A DNA stretch of 64,000 nucleotides from a virus. The number at the start of each line of letters is the position of its first letter. The first letter of the stretch is position 1. Of this stretch, positions 38,145 to 47,521 are shown in pieces. The stretch spans positions 29,932 to 93,931 of the IMG/VR virus record IMGVR_UViG_3300044833_000114; one strand, 5' to 3'. Made by a program: the position numbers and the translations under genes. The notes beneath the pieces were generated by a model that was not told the DNA's origin, did no database searches, and saw only the letters and a program-made list of their open reading frames with translations.

Positions 38145-38510
38145 TTAGGATGGAATTAGGTTTTAATTAGGATGTAATTCAATTTCATCCTAAGATTTGG
38201 GGGTCCGGCGAATTACATCCTTTTCATCCTAAACCGTTTTTAGGGGAAAAATCTAGTCTATCTTGTTGAAAACAAATGACTTGGAATTACATCCTTTTCA
38301 TCCTTGTGTGTCGGTGAACGTTTGAATTACATCCTAATTACATCCTGAACTTTTTAGGTTGTAATTCAGAACCTATACTACAGAAAACAAAGGATATAAA
38401 GTCGCAAAAGTATTTCAACCTTTTCATCCTAGACCCTGTGTGTGTGTGTGTGTGTGTGTGTGAATCACGAACTTACGTTCTTCTTCACACACAGGCTAGG
38501 ATGGAATTCA
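38145..38510. repeat. AT-rich iteron-like repeat cluster (candidate replication origin)
   Basis: Many copies of (G)AATTACATCCT and TTTTCATCCT in both orientations. Confidence 0.6.
38437..38462. repeat. (TG)13 microsatellite
   Basis: Read directly. Confidence 0.95.
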
Positions 38511-39187
38511 AATAACGGCAACTGGACGACTTTATAAGCCCCCAAAGGGGCACCCAGCGCCTCCCGTCCCGCCTCCCTCCCGTCAAGTTTTCCGCCACAA
38601 AAACCTGACACCTTTCACTCTTTCCACCCCGTTCACCGTTCCGTGAAACACCCTCTTTCAGTGAACGCCGCTGTCGCTCCGCTGTAACGAACCCTCGGAA
38701 CTTATGAACAACCTCCGAGGTCTCTGTCCGAAATGCGCAGTCTTCTTCGGACAAACCCCTTGCGGAGAATAGACCCCCAATCTCCGCAACGGATCTTAGT
38801 TGCCAAAAGCGACACATGCCACCAGTCGTCAGTATTACGAAGAGAGTCGGGTGGTAGAAGTCCACAGGCAAAGTCGCTACGGATTGCAATCCGGTGCGGC
38901 AGAGCAAATGGGCCGTTGACCCTACCGACCTCCGCTGAGAGGGCTGGAAGTCTTCTCGAGAAGCCAGGAGCCGCTGCAGCCCCGGTCCACGGACAAGCCA
39001 GCACCGGTTATCCCGTCCGGCCTTTTCAGATTCAAGGAGATCAAATCATGAGAACACTTGCGATTCTGCTTCTCCTCACCGCTGTCCCCACCAGCATCGG
39101 CGCCGACAACATCGCGCGGCGCTTCTTTCCCGGCTTTCAGACCTTGCCGCCAACTCCTCCGAGGAACATGGACCCCGTGATTTACGC

Positions 39188-39469
39188 ATGAAGGAGCAGC
39201 CAGTGAAGAAAACACCACGAGCCAAGTTTATAGCGGAAGCGGGCGTCGACACGAAAAGACTCGCCGCATGCGTGTGGGACGCCATGCAACAAGCTTCGTC
39301 ACACGACCCCGATCACGCCGGGGAACTCGATCTCCTGGCCAACCTAATTCAGGCCGAGGCCAAGCTGCAGGAGAGACGGTTTAGAGACGTTTGCGCTCGT
39401 CTATCCGTTCTGGAACGCAACGCCAGCTTAGTGATCCGTCAATGGAATAAATCAGGTAGAAAATCATGA
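39188..39469 (+). CDS. Hypothetical protein
   Basis: Start of the rightward operon; ATGA overlaps. Confidence 0.5.
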   Translation: MKEQPVKKTPRAKFIAEAGVDTKRLAACVWDAMQQASSHDPDHAGELDLLANLIQAEAKLQERRFRDVCARLSVLERNASLVIRQWNKSGRKS

Positions 39470-39676
39470 AGATCAGTGACATCCCAACCGATCGTCTGCA
39501 GCAGGTAGCAGAAAATTTCGCGTCCTCGAAATTATCAATGACGGGGGTCTTCTTCGTGTACGACACAACCCAGTCGTCACGAGGAGAAGACGCCATAACG
39601 ACTTTCACCTTCACGAGAAACGAAATCCTCGAGGAGTTGGAGTCCCGACTCGACGTGCAAGAGAGCGGGTACTGAC

Positions 39677-40006
39677 GTGAACGCCATTCACATCAGAGAT
39701 CCACGCAAAGACAAAGTTCGCGCCGCCATACAGTCGCTCGCCGGCCGGAATCACTACCCAGTCCAAGACGACAGGTTTGGCGGTCGGATAGACAAGAAGT
39801 TCCGCGGATTGATCGACGAACAATCGTTTCTCGATCTGATCGAAGGCGAATCCATTATGGATATCTGGTGCTACCTACAGTCAGATGGCACCAAGCTTTA
39901 CGAGCTCGTTTCCACCGGACTCCTTCTTCGTAAGACCGAATTCGTGCGTGGACTGTTCATCTTCACAGGTCCTCGCGATCTGACTGACCTGGATTTTCGT
40001 CCATGA
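39677..40006 (+). CDS. Hypothetical protein
   Basis: ORF in the rightward operon. Confidence 0.5.
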   Translation: MNAIHIRDPRKDKVRAAIQSLAGRNHYPVQDDRFGGRIDKKFRGLIDEQSFLDLIEGESIMDIWCYLQSDGTKLYELVSTGLLLRKTEFVRGLFIFTGPRDLTDLDFRP

Positions 40007-40032
40007 TTTTAAAGAACTAAAAGGAGATTGAG

Positions 40033-40362
40033 ATGTCAAATAAATTAGTAGCAGCAAAAACGGAACGGTGGTGCGCAGTCTGTGGAAACGTGTCTAAGTT
40101 CGCCGGCAGCGTGAACCAGGTGCAGATCACAGACAAAATGGTCAAGCACTACGAGACCGCGCACTCTGATCGCATGTCCAAGTGCTTCGACGAGTACGGC
40201 CGCACCTGGAACGAGCAGTACGACGCAGCTCTCAAGGGCCTGTGGAACTGCAAAGGACAGGTCGACAAACTCACTGCCGAACTCAAGTCCGTCACGGATA
40301 CCCGCAACTCTCTGGCTGCGCGACTGAACGCCATCATCATGATCCTCGAGCGGAAAGATTAA
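40033..40362 (+). CDS. C2H2-like Zn-finger plus coiled-coil protein
   Basis: CAVC...H...H; AAGGAG RBS. Confidence 0.55.
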   Translation: MSNKLVAAKTERWCAVCGNVSKFAGSVNQVQITDKMVKHYETAHSDRMSKCFDEYGRTWNEQYDAALKGLWNCKGQVDKLTAELKSVTDTRNSLAARLNAIIMILERKD

Positions 40363-40371
40363 GGAGAGACC

Positions 40372-40593
40372 ATGTATTACGTTTGTGAGTGCGGTGAAGA
40401 GTTTGATGCAGAGCGGACCGGAGCGCGCGAGCACATGCTCGAGCAGCACCTGGACCTGATCGAAACCAGGTTCGATGATTTCCTATCCGACGTAATCGAC
40501 GATGATATCGACGTCTCGGATGCAGAGATCTACGAAGAAGCAATCGACGATGTACTCGACGACTTGCTCGACGAGTTCGAAGACGGAAACTAA
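40372..40593 (+). CDS. Highly acidic small Zn-finger protein
   Basis: CECG...H....H; about 28 of 73 residues are D/E. Confidence 0.65.
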   Translation: MYYVCECGEEFDAERTGAREHMLEQHLDLIETRFDDFLSDVIDDDIDVSDAEIYEEAIDDVLDDLLDEFEDGN

Positions 40594-40952
40594 TGGAAAC
40601 CAGACTAACTAACGCCTGGTTGCAACGTCAGTTCAACCACTTCAATAGTGTCTACTTCGGTGGTCGGATCCACCCCTCAGTTAACGTCGTGTTCGGGAAC
40701 ACGCAGAAAGAAGGCTCCAATGGCCTTTATAACTACGCAACTCGAACAATCACTATCGACGATCAACAACGAAAACTGGGAAACGCTCGCCACATAAAGA
40801 CGGATCTTTTGCACGAAATGGTCCACGCCGACTTGGACATAAACGACGGGTACGTAGGAGACCAGATGGAGAAGGATTCATCTCACGGCGCTCGGTTTCA
40901 GGGGGAGATCTGCCGGCTGTGGAGGATCGGCGCATACGACGGATTGTTGTAA
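40593..40952 (+). CDS. SprT-like zinc metalloprotease
   Basis: 'F..FN..YF.G', 'LLHEMVH', 'HG..F'. Confidence 0.8.
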   Translation: METRLTNAWLQRQFNHFNSVYFGGRIHPSVNVVFGNTQKEGSNGLYNYATRTITIDDQQRKLGNARHIKTDLLHEMVHADLDINDGYVGDQMEKDSSHGARFQGEICRLWRIGAYDGLL

Positions 40953-40986
40953 CGAGTTTGAAGACGGGAACTAAAGGAGATCGAAG

Positions 40987-41238
40987 ATGAGCGAAACGAC
41001 AGACGCAATAAACGCAGCAGAAGCGGCGTTGGAACAAGCGAAGCAGGCACTCGAAGCACAGACGGCAGTCCAAGCGGCATCTGGGGTTTCTGAACAACTT
41101 ACAGGAGCACTGCAAGCGAACAACAGCACGCCTTCGACTGCGGTGACGCGTGAAGAGTTCGACGCAATCCGAGCAGAGCTGAACAGCTTGAACGGTCGCA
41201 TCGCAGACTTCAACAATCGTTCCGGTCAGCGCATATAA
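40987..41238 (+). CDS. Coiled-coil hypothetical protein
   Basis: AAGGAG RBS. Confidence 0.55.
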   Translation: MSETTDAINAAEAALEQAKQALEAQTAVQAASGVSEQLTGALQANNSTPSTAVTREEFDAIRAELNSLNGRIADFNNRSGQRI

Positions 41239-41243
41239 GAACC

Positions 41244-41705
41244 ATGCTCTGTACTTATGCCGGTTGCGGTCGTCAATCTTTAGTAAAAGGGATGTGCCAA
41301 AAGCACTATCAGAAGAAATACGAGAAGGAAAACCCCGATTACGTAGAGAAGAAGAAAGCAGCAACCCGAGCGTGGTACCGGCGTAATCCCTCGAAAACGT
41401 CAGCACACCGCATGAGTCCCAAAGCTAGGTTCGCCAATTTTAGAAAATGTGCGCAAAACAGAAAACTAGAAGTAACAGTTTCGTTCGATGAGTTTTGCTC
41501 TCTGATAATCCTTCCTTGCTTCTACTGCGGAGGGTCTTTGCCTCCCCAAGGGAGCGGCATCGACAGAATAAATTCTGACACAGGCTACGTGAACGGAAAC
41601 GTCAGACCGTGCTGCGGCTCCTGTAACACCGCCAAGAATACTATGACTGAGAATCAATTCAAGGAGTGGGTTCTTAAGGTATTCAACTATTGGGTGAGCC
41701 ATTGA
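41244..41705 (+). CDS. HNH homing endonuclease
   Basis: 'CFYCG...GIDRINS..GY..GNV.PCC..CN..K'. Confidence 0.85.
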   Translation: MLCTYAGCGRQSLVKGMCQKHYQKKYEKENPDYVEKKKAATRAWYRRNPSKTSAHRMSPKARFANFRKCAQNRKLEVTVSFDEFCSLIILPCFYCGGSLPPQGSGIDRINSDTGYVNGNVRPCCGSCNTAKNTMTENQFKEWVLKVFNYWVSH

Positions 41706-42643
41706 GATTCAACATCTGCACCAAACTGGACAACGGCGCGGGACTTGAAGCGGACTACCGTCTGCTCAAGTCCCTGCTGGAGTCTTGGGGCCACGTAGTC
41801 GAAGGAGTGAACCACTTCTACCCGTACCAAGCGTCCGAAGCGGATGTGAATATCTTTCTTGAGCTGATCGCCGAGCCTGTCATTGGGAGGGCGAAGCAAT
41901 CCTGGTTCATCCCGAACCCCGAGTGGTACAGCCTCTGTCACGACGCGCTGCTTACGCGGCTGGATAAGGTGCTCTGCAAGACGCGCGAAGCCTTCAACAC
42001 ATTCTCGCGGAAGGTCGGCGCGAATAGGTGCGTGCACATCGGATTCGAATCCAAAGATTTGTATGACCCGTCGGTCGAACGCCAGCGCAAGTTCCTCCAC
42101 GTAGCCGGCAAAAGCAGCTACAAGAACAGCGAAGCCGTCGCGTATGCATTCGCGAAATTCTTCTCATCGCCGTGGGACAAGGACGACTTCCGAGAACTGG
42201 TCTACGTCGGCGAAAACCAAAATCTCATGAACATCGCGCGCGACCACAAGAACGTCACGTACATCAAGCACGCCGGCGAAGATGAGCTGAAGCGCCTGAT
42301 GAACGAGTGCCTGTTCCACATCATGCCGAGCAAATCCGAAGGCTGGGGTCACGTCATTCACGAAGGTCTGGGATGCGGCGCCGTAATGATCACGACGGAT
42401 TTTCCTCCGATGAACGAGTTCACTGGGGCATCCGTATTCATCCCGTCGCAGAAGAATGAGCCGTGTTGCCTCGGTCACAACGCCTGGGTGGGGGCTTTCG
42501 ACGTCAGAGACTCCATCGAGAAAGCGTGGAAGATGACGCCAGCTGAGATCTTCGCAGCGCAGAAGAAAGCTCAACGTTATTTTTACCAGCAGCGTCAAGA
42601 GTTTCGAGATCGACTTAAACAGGTTGTAGACGGAGCTCTCTAG
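41702..42643 (+). CDS. Glycosyltransferase, GT-B fold (GT4-like)
   Basis: 'HIMPSKSEGWGHVIHEGLGCG' EX7E motif; 'TTDFPPMNE'. Confidence 0.8.
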   Translation: MRFNICTKLDNGAGLEADYRLLKSLLESWGHVVEGVNHFYPYQASEADVNIFLELIAEPVIGRAKQSWFIPNPEWYSLCHDALLTRLDKVLCKTREAFNTFSRKVGANRCVHIGFESKDLYDPSVERQRKFLHVAGKSSYKNSEAVAYAFAKFFSSPWDKDDFRELVYVGENQNLMNIARDHKNVTYIKHAGEDELKRLMNECLFHIMPSKSEGWGHVIHEGLGCGAVMITTDFPPMNEFTGASVFIPSQKNEPCCLGHNAWVGAFDVRDSIEKAWKMTPAEIFAAQKKAQRYFYQQRQEFRDRLKQVVDGAL

Positions 42644-43278
42644 TGGAAGACATCGAAAAACTCGTACTACCCTACACCGGTGTTTCTCCGACGCGCGTGC
42701 ACGCCCTTCGCCTTTTAGCAGAACAGATCGAAGCGAAAGGGATTCTGGGGGACGTCGTCGAATGCGGAGTATGGAACGGCGGCACCGCCGCTTTGTTGGC
42801 TGCAACGGCTACCAGGTCCCCGCAGAAAAGGACCGTGTGGTTGCTGGATTCGTTTGAAGGCTTTCCGGCTTCTACGGAGAAGGACGGCGTGAGTCTTCGC
42901 GACAATCTTGTGGCCAAGGACTTCACCGGCAAGATTGTCGGCAACGTTCAAAAAGTAGAGGAAGTTCTTAGGCTGGTTGGCGCAGACATGGGTCAAGTGA
43001 AGATCCTACCCGGCTGGTTCAAAGACACTTTGCTGTCCGTCACCTCTGAGAAAATCGCGCTCTTGAATATTGATGCCGACTGGTACGCGTCCGTGAAGGA
43101 AGTTCTCGAGGCCCTTTACGACCGCGTGGTTCCCGGCGGTTTCGTTTCATTCGACGACTATGGCTTCTGGCCAGGATGTCGCGCCGCGGTTGATGAATTC
43201 GTAGCAGCAAGAAAACTGAACTTCGTGATGCACGACGTCGATCAGGATATGCGTTGGTTTTGCAAGGAGAGGTCATGA
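42643..43278 (+). CDS. TylF/MycF-family sugar O-methyltransferase
   Basis: 'GDVVECGVWNGG', 'DSFEG', 'GWFKDTL', 'IDADWY', 'GG...FDDY'. Confidence 0.9.
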   Translation: MEDIEKLVLPYTGVSPTRVHALRLLAEQIEAKGILGDVVECGVWNGGTAALLAATATRSPQKRTVWLLDSFEGFPASTEKDGVSLRDNLVAKDFTGKIVGNVQKVEEVLRLVGADMGQVKILPGWFKDTLLSVTSEKIALLNIDADWYASVKEVLEALYDRVVPGGFVSFDDYGFWPGCRAAVDEFVAARKLNFVMHDVDQDMRWFCKERS

Positions 43279-43835
43279 CCGTCGAATCTAGATCAGGCCT
43301 GGGCTCGTACTTGATAGAGACAGTAGCCATCCGAGAACAACTTCCGGTTCTGGTTCGAGAACTGGGTGTTCGTACCTTCCTCGACGCTCCGTGCGGCGAC
43401 CTCAACTGGATGAAGCAAACCAACCTCGAGGTTGAAAAATACATCGGTATAGATCTCCTTACAGACGACAACTGGTGGTCTTACGCCAGTCTGAAACGTG
43501 AGTTCCTGGTCGGGAACATCTTGTACTTCTACCTGCCCCGCGTCGATATGATTTTCTGCCGCGACTGCCTGGTGCATCTCTCGAACGCGTCGGCGATCAA
43601 GGCCTTAGAAAATTTTAAGCGAAGCGGCTCGAAATATTTGGTAGCCACTACCTACCCCAACGTCCGCACGAATAGTGATCTAGACGGCGACATGGTTGGT
43701 TGGAGGAAAGTGAATTTGGAACTGCCACCCTTCAATCTCGGAAATCCTCTGCGAATCATTACCGAAGCCGGCCCACGGTGCGAACCCGGACAAGACGATT
43801 TCGGAAAAGTGCTCGGCGTTTGGTCTTTGCAATGA
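43275..43835 (+). CDS. Class I SAM-dependent methyltransferase
   Basis: 'SGLGS', 'LDAPCGD.NW', 'YIGID', 'CRDCLVHL'. Confidence 0.8.
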   Translation: MTVESRSGLGSYLIETVAIREQLPVLVRELGVRTFLDAPCGDLNWMKQTNLEVEKYIGIDLLTDDNWWSYASLKREFLVGNILYFYLPRVDMIFCRDCLVHLSNASAIKALENFKRSGSKYLVATTYPNVRTNSDLDGDMVGWRKVNLELPPFNLGNPLRIITEAGPRCEPGQDDFGKVLGVWSLQ

Positions 43836-44548
43836 GAGACACGATGCAAAGCATGTGGGTGGGGGATCGACTGTCGTCGATGGAGCAGTTGTGCATCAAG
43901 TCGTTCCTCGACAACGGTCATCCGTTCCATCTGTACACGTACGGCGCCGTCGCAAACGTCCCCGAAGGTGCGACGGTCCTGGACGCCAACACCATACTGC
44001 CGGCATCAAGCATTTTCAAGACCTCCGGCGGCTTCGGCGACGGATCCTACGCCGGTTTCGCAGACCTATTTCGTTTCAAGCTTCTGATGGAAAAAGGCTC
44101 TTGGTGGGTGGACACGGATGTGATCTGCCTAAAACCTTTTGAGTTCGCAGGCGCTTTTGTTTTGACAGGCGCACCTCCCATCTACACCAACGCGATCATG
44201 AGGGTTCCGACGAATAGTATTTTCGCGTCCTGGCTGTATACAGAAGCCGAGCGCCGTCGATCCGTGGGAATGGCATGGGGGACGATAGGAACAAGGTTGA
44301 TCACCGAAGCGATCGCCACATTCGGGATGCAGGGGTACCTGTACCCGCACGAACTTTTCTATCCGATAGACGACCACATGCTGATTGCCTCAGGTCGATC
44401 ACAAGAAATTGATCAGCTGTGCGAAGGATCAGTTGGGATCCACTGCTACAACGAGTTGTGGCGACAATCCGGCCGAGACAAAGACGGCAACTACCCAGCT
44501 GACTGCTTGTATGAAAGGCTGCTGCGGAAATTTGGAATAAGGAATTAA
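43832..44548 (+). CDS. GT32-like (alpha-1,4 / OCH1-like, DxD) glycosyltransferase
   Basis: 'W.G..LS..E.LCIKSF', 'FADLFRF', 'WVDTD', 'WG.IG'. Confidence 0.8.
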   Translation: MRDTMQSMWVGDRLSSMEQLCIKSFLDNGHPFHLYTYGAVANVPEGATVLDANTILPASSIFKTSGGFGDGSYAGFADLFRFKLLMEKGSWWVDTDVICLKPFEFAGAFVLTGAPPIYTNAIMRVPTNSIFASWLYTEAERRRSVGMAWGTIGTRLITEAIATFGMQGYLYPHELFYPIDDHMLIASGRSQEIDQLCEGSVGIHCYNELWRQSGRDKDGNYPADCLYERLLRKFGIRN

Positions 44549-44558
44549 GGAGACAGCG

Positions 44559-45164
44559 ATGGACTTCGAGCAGATCTTTCAACTAATTAGCAAAGACGAA
44601 CGCGTGCTGCTAAGCCGAGATCGGGCCCGGTGCCTCTACGACTGCGCACAAGATGCGCTGCGAGTCGACGGCGAGTATTGGGAGACCGGAGTGTTTCAGG
44701 GCGGCAGCGCACGTCTGCTGGCGGAAGTGCTACGTGGTAGGGATCGCACGTTGAGACTGTTCGACACCTTCGAAGGGTTCAAAGGTCTGACTCAGGAAGA
44801 TGGAGACTTCGGTCACGTCGGCTGGTTCTCCAACACATCCCTGGGGATGGTGAAGCAATTCGTGGACGCAGACTTCGCGCTCTACTACCCAGGCCTCGTG
44901 CCAGAGACTTTCGCCGGCCTCGAAAATTCGAAGATCGCATTCGCCCACCTGGACACGGATCTGTACGAACCCATCAAGGCTGCATTGGATTTTGTTCTTC
45001 CACGCCTGACACCTAACGGAATCATCGTTGTCGACGACTACGGGGACTCGAACTGGCCCGGTGTCAGGGCAGCTGTGATTGAGTCATTCGACCCAAAGAA
45101 GTTTCCCCTGAATCTGTACGTACGCAAGTATGGCGAGCACGATTGCCAAGCGGTGATTCGGTGA
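44559..45164 (+). CDS. Second TylF/MycF-family O-methyltransferase
   Basis: 'ETGVFQGGS', 'FDTFEG', 'HLDTDLY', 'VDDY'. Confidence 0.85.
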   Translation: MDFEQIFQLISKDERVLLSRDRARCLYDCAQDALRVDGEYWETGVFQGGSARLLAEVLRGRDRTLRLFDTFEGFKGLTQEDGDFGHVGWFSNTSLGMVKQFVDADFALYYPGLVPETFAGLENSKIAFAHLDTDLYEPIKAALDFVLPRLTPNGIIVVDDYGDSNWPGVRAAVIESFDPKKFPLNLYVRKYGEHDCQAVIR

Positions 45165-45859
45165 GCGGGAAAGTCAGCATCATCATTCCCGTCTTCAACG
45201 GTCAACGATTCATCCACGATGCAATCGAGTCTGCGTTGGGTCAGACGTACAAGAACAAAGAAGTGATCGTGGTCGACGATGGTTCCACGGACATAACCTG
45301 GAACATCGTCCGCAGCTATCGGTTCCGCGCAATGGGCATCTGGCAGAAAAATTCTGGCGCATCCGCGGCCCGAAACAACGGGATCGCAAACTCTAGTGGA
45401 GAGTTCATTCTACCTCTCGATGCGGACGATCGGATCGATCCGCTGTACCTGGAGAAGACGGTTCCTTTGATGTCGGACTCTGCGGTTGGTGTCGTCACCA
45501 CGCAGTACCAGTGTTTTGAAAACGATGATCGCACGTTCCGTCCAGTTAATCCAACGCTCACCCTGGAGACGGCAGACAACGTCATTCCGGTCTGCTCTCT
45601 GATACGCCGTAGCGCATTCGATCAAACCCCTGGCTACACGAGTCGCTTTGTTGACGTCAACGGCGTCGGGGCGATCGGCTACGAAGATTGGAACCTGTGG
45701 CTCGACATCCTCAAGCGTGGGTGGAAGGTTGCCGTTGTGGACGAACCACTTTTTCATTATCGCGTGAAGGTTGCTCCAACGTGGAAGAAAGAACCGTCCG
45801 ATGAATCGTTGCGGCAAATCATTCGAAGCCTGCACCCAGAGTTGTACGGGAGAACGTAG
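45161..45859 (+). CDS. GT2-family glycosyltransferase
   Basis: 'VSIIIP', 'VVDDGSTD', 'ARNNG', 'LDADD', 'YEDW'. Confidence 0.9.
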   Translation: MSGKVSIIIPVFNGQRFIHDAIESALGQTYKNKEVIVVDDGSTDITWNIVRSYRFRAMGIWQKNSGASAARNNGIANSSGEFILPLDADDRIDPLYLEKTVPLMSDSAVGVVTTQYQCFENDDRTFRPVNPTLTLETADNVIPVCSLIRRSAFDQTPGYTSRFVDVNGVGAIGYEDWNLWLDILKRGWKVAVVDEPLFHYRVKVAPTWKKEPSDESLRQIIRSLHPELYGRT

Positions 45860-46261
45860 ATGGGAGATACCATTCAAAACCTTTGCGGATGCGGGTGCGG
45901 AGTTCGTGTTGCACGAACGTTTAAACGCGGACACGGCGCCCGAGTCGGTAGAGGGCCGAGGACCCACGGAAGAACACACACTCCTGAATACTCTTCTTGG
46001 GATGCGATGAAAAGTAGATGCAACAACCCTAACACGAAAGATTGGGATAGGTACGGAGGGCGTGGAATAAAGGTTTGTGAACGCTGGATGTTATTCGAGA
46101 ATTTTCTTCAAGACATGGGGCCAAGGCCTGAAGGAACAACTTTAGACCGCAAAGATAACGACGGAAATTATGAACCCGGAAACTGTAAATGGTCGACGGA
46201 CTCTGAACAGGCCAAGAACAGAGCGAATAGAGAACGAACGGTCGGAGGACAATTCGCATGA
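45860..46261 (+). CDS. HNH homing endonuclease
   Basis: 'W..MK.RC...[19 protein letters not shown]...[15 protein letters not shown]'. Confidence 0.85.
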   Translation: MGDTIQNLCGCGCGVRVARTFKRGHGARVGRGPRTHGRTHTPEYSSWDAMKSRCNNPNTKDWDRYGGRGIKVCERWMLFENFLQDMGPRPEGTTLDRKDNDGNYEPGNCKWSTDSEQAKNRANRERTVGGQFA

Positions 46262-46968
46262 GAGACACCATCAGTAGCTTGTGGGTCGGCAGCTCCCTGT
46301 CTCCGATGGAGAACATGTGCATCAAGTCCTTCCAGCGACAGGGGCATCCGTTCCGGCTGTACGTCTACAACCCAGTCGCGAATGTTCCCGCGGGAACCCT
46401 CGTCGCCGACGCGGAGCAGATCGTCCCAAAGTCTGACATCGCGCGTTTTCAAAATCTCGCAAATTTCTCGGACTACTTCCGGTACTCGATGCTGTTTCAG
46501 AACGGCGGTTATTGGGTAGACCTGGACAACTTCTGCCTGCGGCCGTACGACTTCCCCGAAGAGTACGTGTTCTCTTCGCAGCTAACATCCGACCGCGGAA
46601 TGGACGAAGGAAACGCCGGAGTGATTAAGGCTCCGAAAAATAGTCCAGTGATGCAGTACTGCCTGAACAAGATTGATCGCATGGATGTGTCGAGATCCGA
46701 GTGGGCTGCGATCGGCCCCATCATGTTGCGCGAAACTTATCAGCCGCTCCGCCTGGGCCACTACATGAAGCCTCACCACACGTTTTGTCCCCTGCACTAT
46801 TTTGAGGCACCGGCCAACGTTTTTAGTTTCGGTACATGGGACATTCAGTTCCCTTCCTCGACTTACTCAGTCCACCTGTGGAACGAAGAAGCTCGTCGTT
46901 CCGGCATCGACAAGTACGCCGCGCACCAGGGAAGTCTCTTCGAGAGGCTGAAGGAGACGGTGCAATGA
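46258..46968 (+). CDS. GT32-like glycosyltransferase, paralog of 43832-44548
   Basis: 'FSDYFRY', 'WVDLD', 'W..IGP'. Confidence 0.8.
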   Translation: MRDTISSLWVGSSLSPMENMCIKSFQRQGHPFRLYVYNPVANVPAGTLVADAEQIVPKSDIARFQNLANFSDYFRYSMLFQNGGYWVDLDNFCLRPYDFPEEYVFSSQLTSDRGMDEGNAGVIKAPKNSPVMQYCLNKIDRMDVSRSEWAAIGPIMLRETYQPLRLGHYMKPHHTFCPLHYFEAPANVFSFGTWDIQFPSSTYSVHLWNEEARRSGIDKYAAHQGSLFERLKETVQ

Positions 46969-47126
46969 TTCAGACCATTCTTGCTCTGCTCTCTCTGGCA
47001 GTGTCGATCCTCGGCATCTTCATGTCCCGCGCCAGGACGAAGAAGCTCGAAGATCGCGAGACCGCGATCGAGGCGCGCGAAGCAAGACTAGAACGCGCTG
47101 TCGGTTTGACGGGTGAATCCGAATGA
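46965..47126 (+). CDS. Small membrane-anchored protein
   Basis: AAGGAG RBS; N-terminal TM helix. Confidence 0.5.
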   Translation: MIQTILALLSLAVSILGIFMSRARTKKLEDRETAIEAREARLERAVGLTGESE

Positions 47127-47521
47127 ACTCAAACACGAAACTTAAAGTGGTCTTAACCATAATTCTAGCTGTGATTTTCGTGTACATCCTTCAGGGCGCC
47201 GAGCCAATCTGTCGGGGACTGAAGCTCAAATACCTAGAGTACAACGACGCGTACTTCGACGGCGTGCTCCCACGAAACACAATCGTCGAATACGGAACGT
47301 GCCCAGACGCTCAATCAATAGCTTGTACGACGCACCCGGGAGATGTTTTTAAGATCACTCTCGTTAAGGAATACAACCTCGCTCCAGTTCAGGCGCACGT
47401 AAATCTGCTCCACGAAAGCTGTCACATCGTTACCTGGACGGAGTTGGAGGAACACGGGCCTAGATGGAAAGATTGCATGCACCGAATTTATCAAAAGGGT
47501 GCATTTGAGGGAATACTATGA
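47123..47521 (+). CDS. SprT-like metalloprotease with an N-terminal signal/TM segment
   Basis: 'YN..YFDG.LP', 'LLHESCH', 'HGP.W'. Confidence 0.7.
   Translation: MNSNTKLKVVLTIILAVIFVYILQGAEPICRGLKLKYLEYNDAYFDGVLPRNTIVEYGTCPDAQSIACTTHPGDVFKITLVKEYNLAPVQAHVNLLHESCHIVTWTELEEHGPRWKDCMHRIYQKGAFEGIL

Noticed and set aside
37030-39040. Short ORFs called in the divergence region
   Set aside because: No RBS or coding character; the region is dominated by repeats and inverted repeats.
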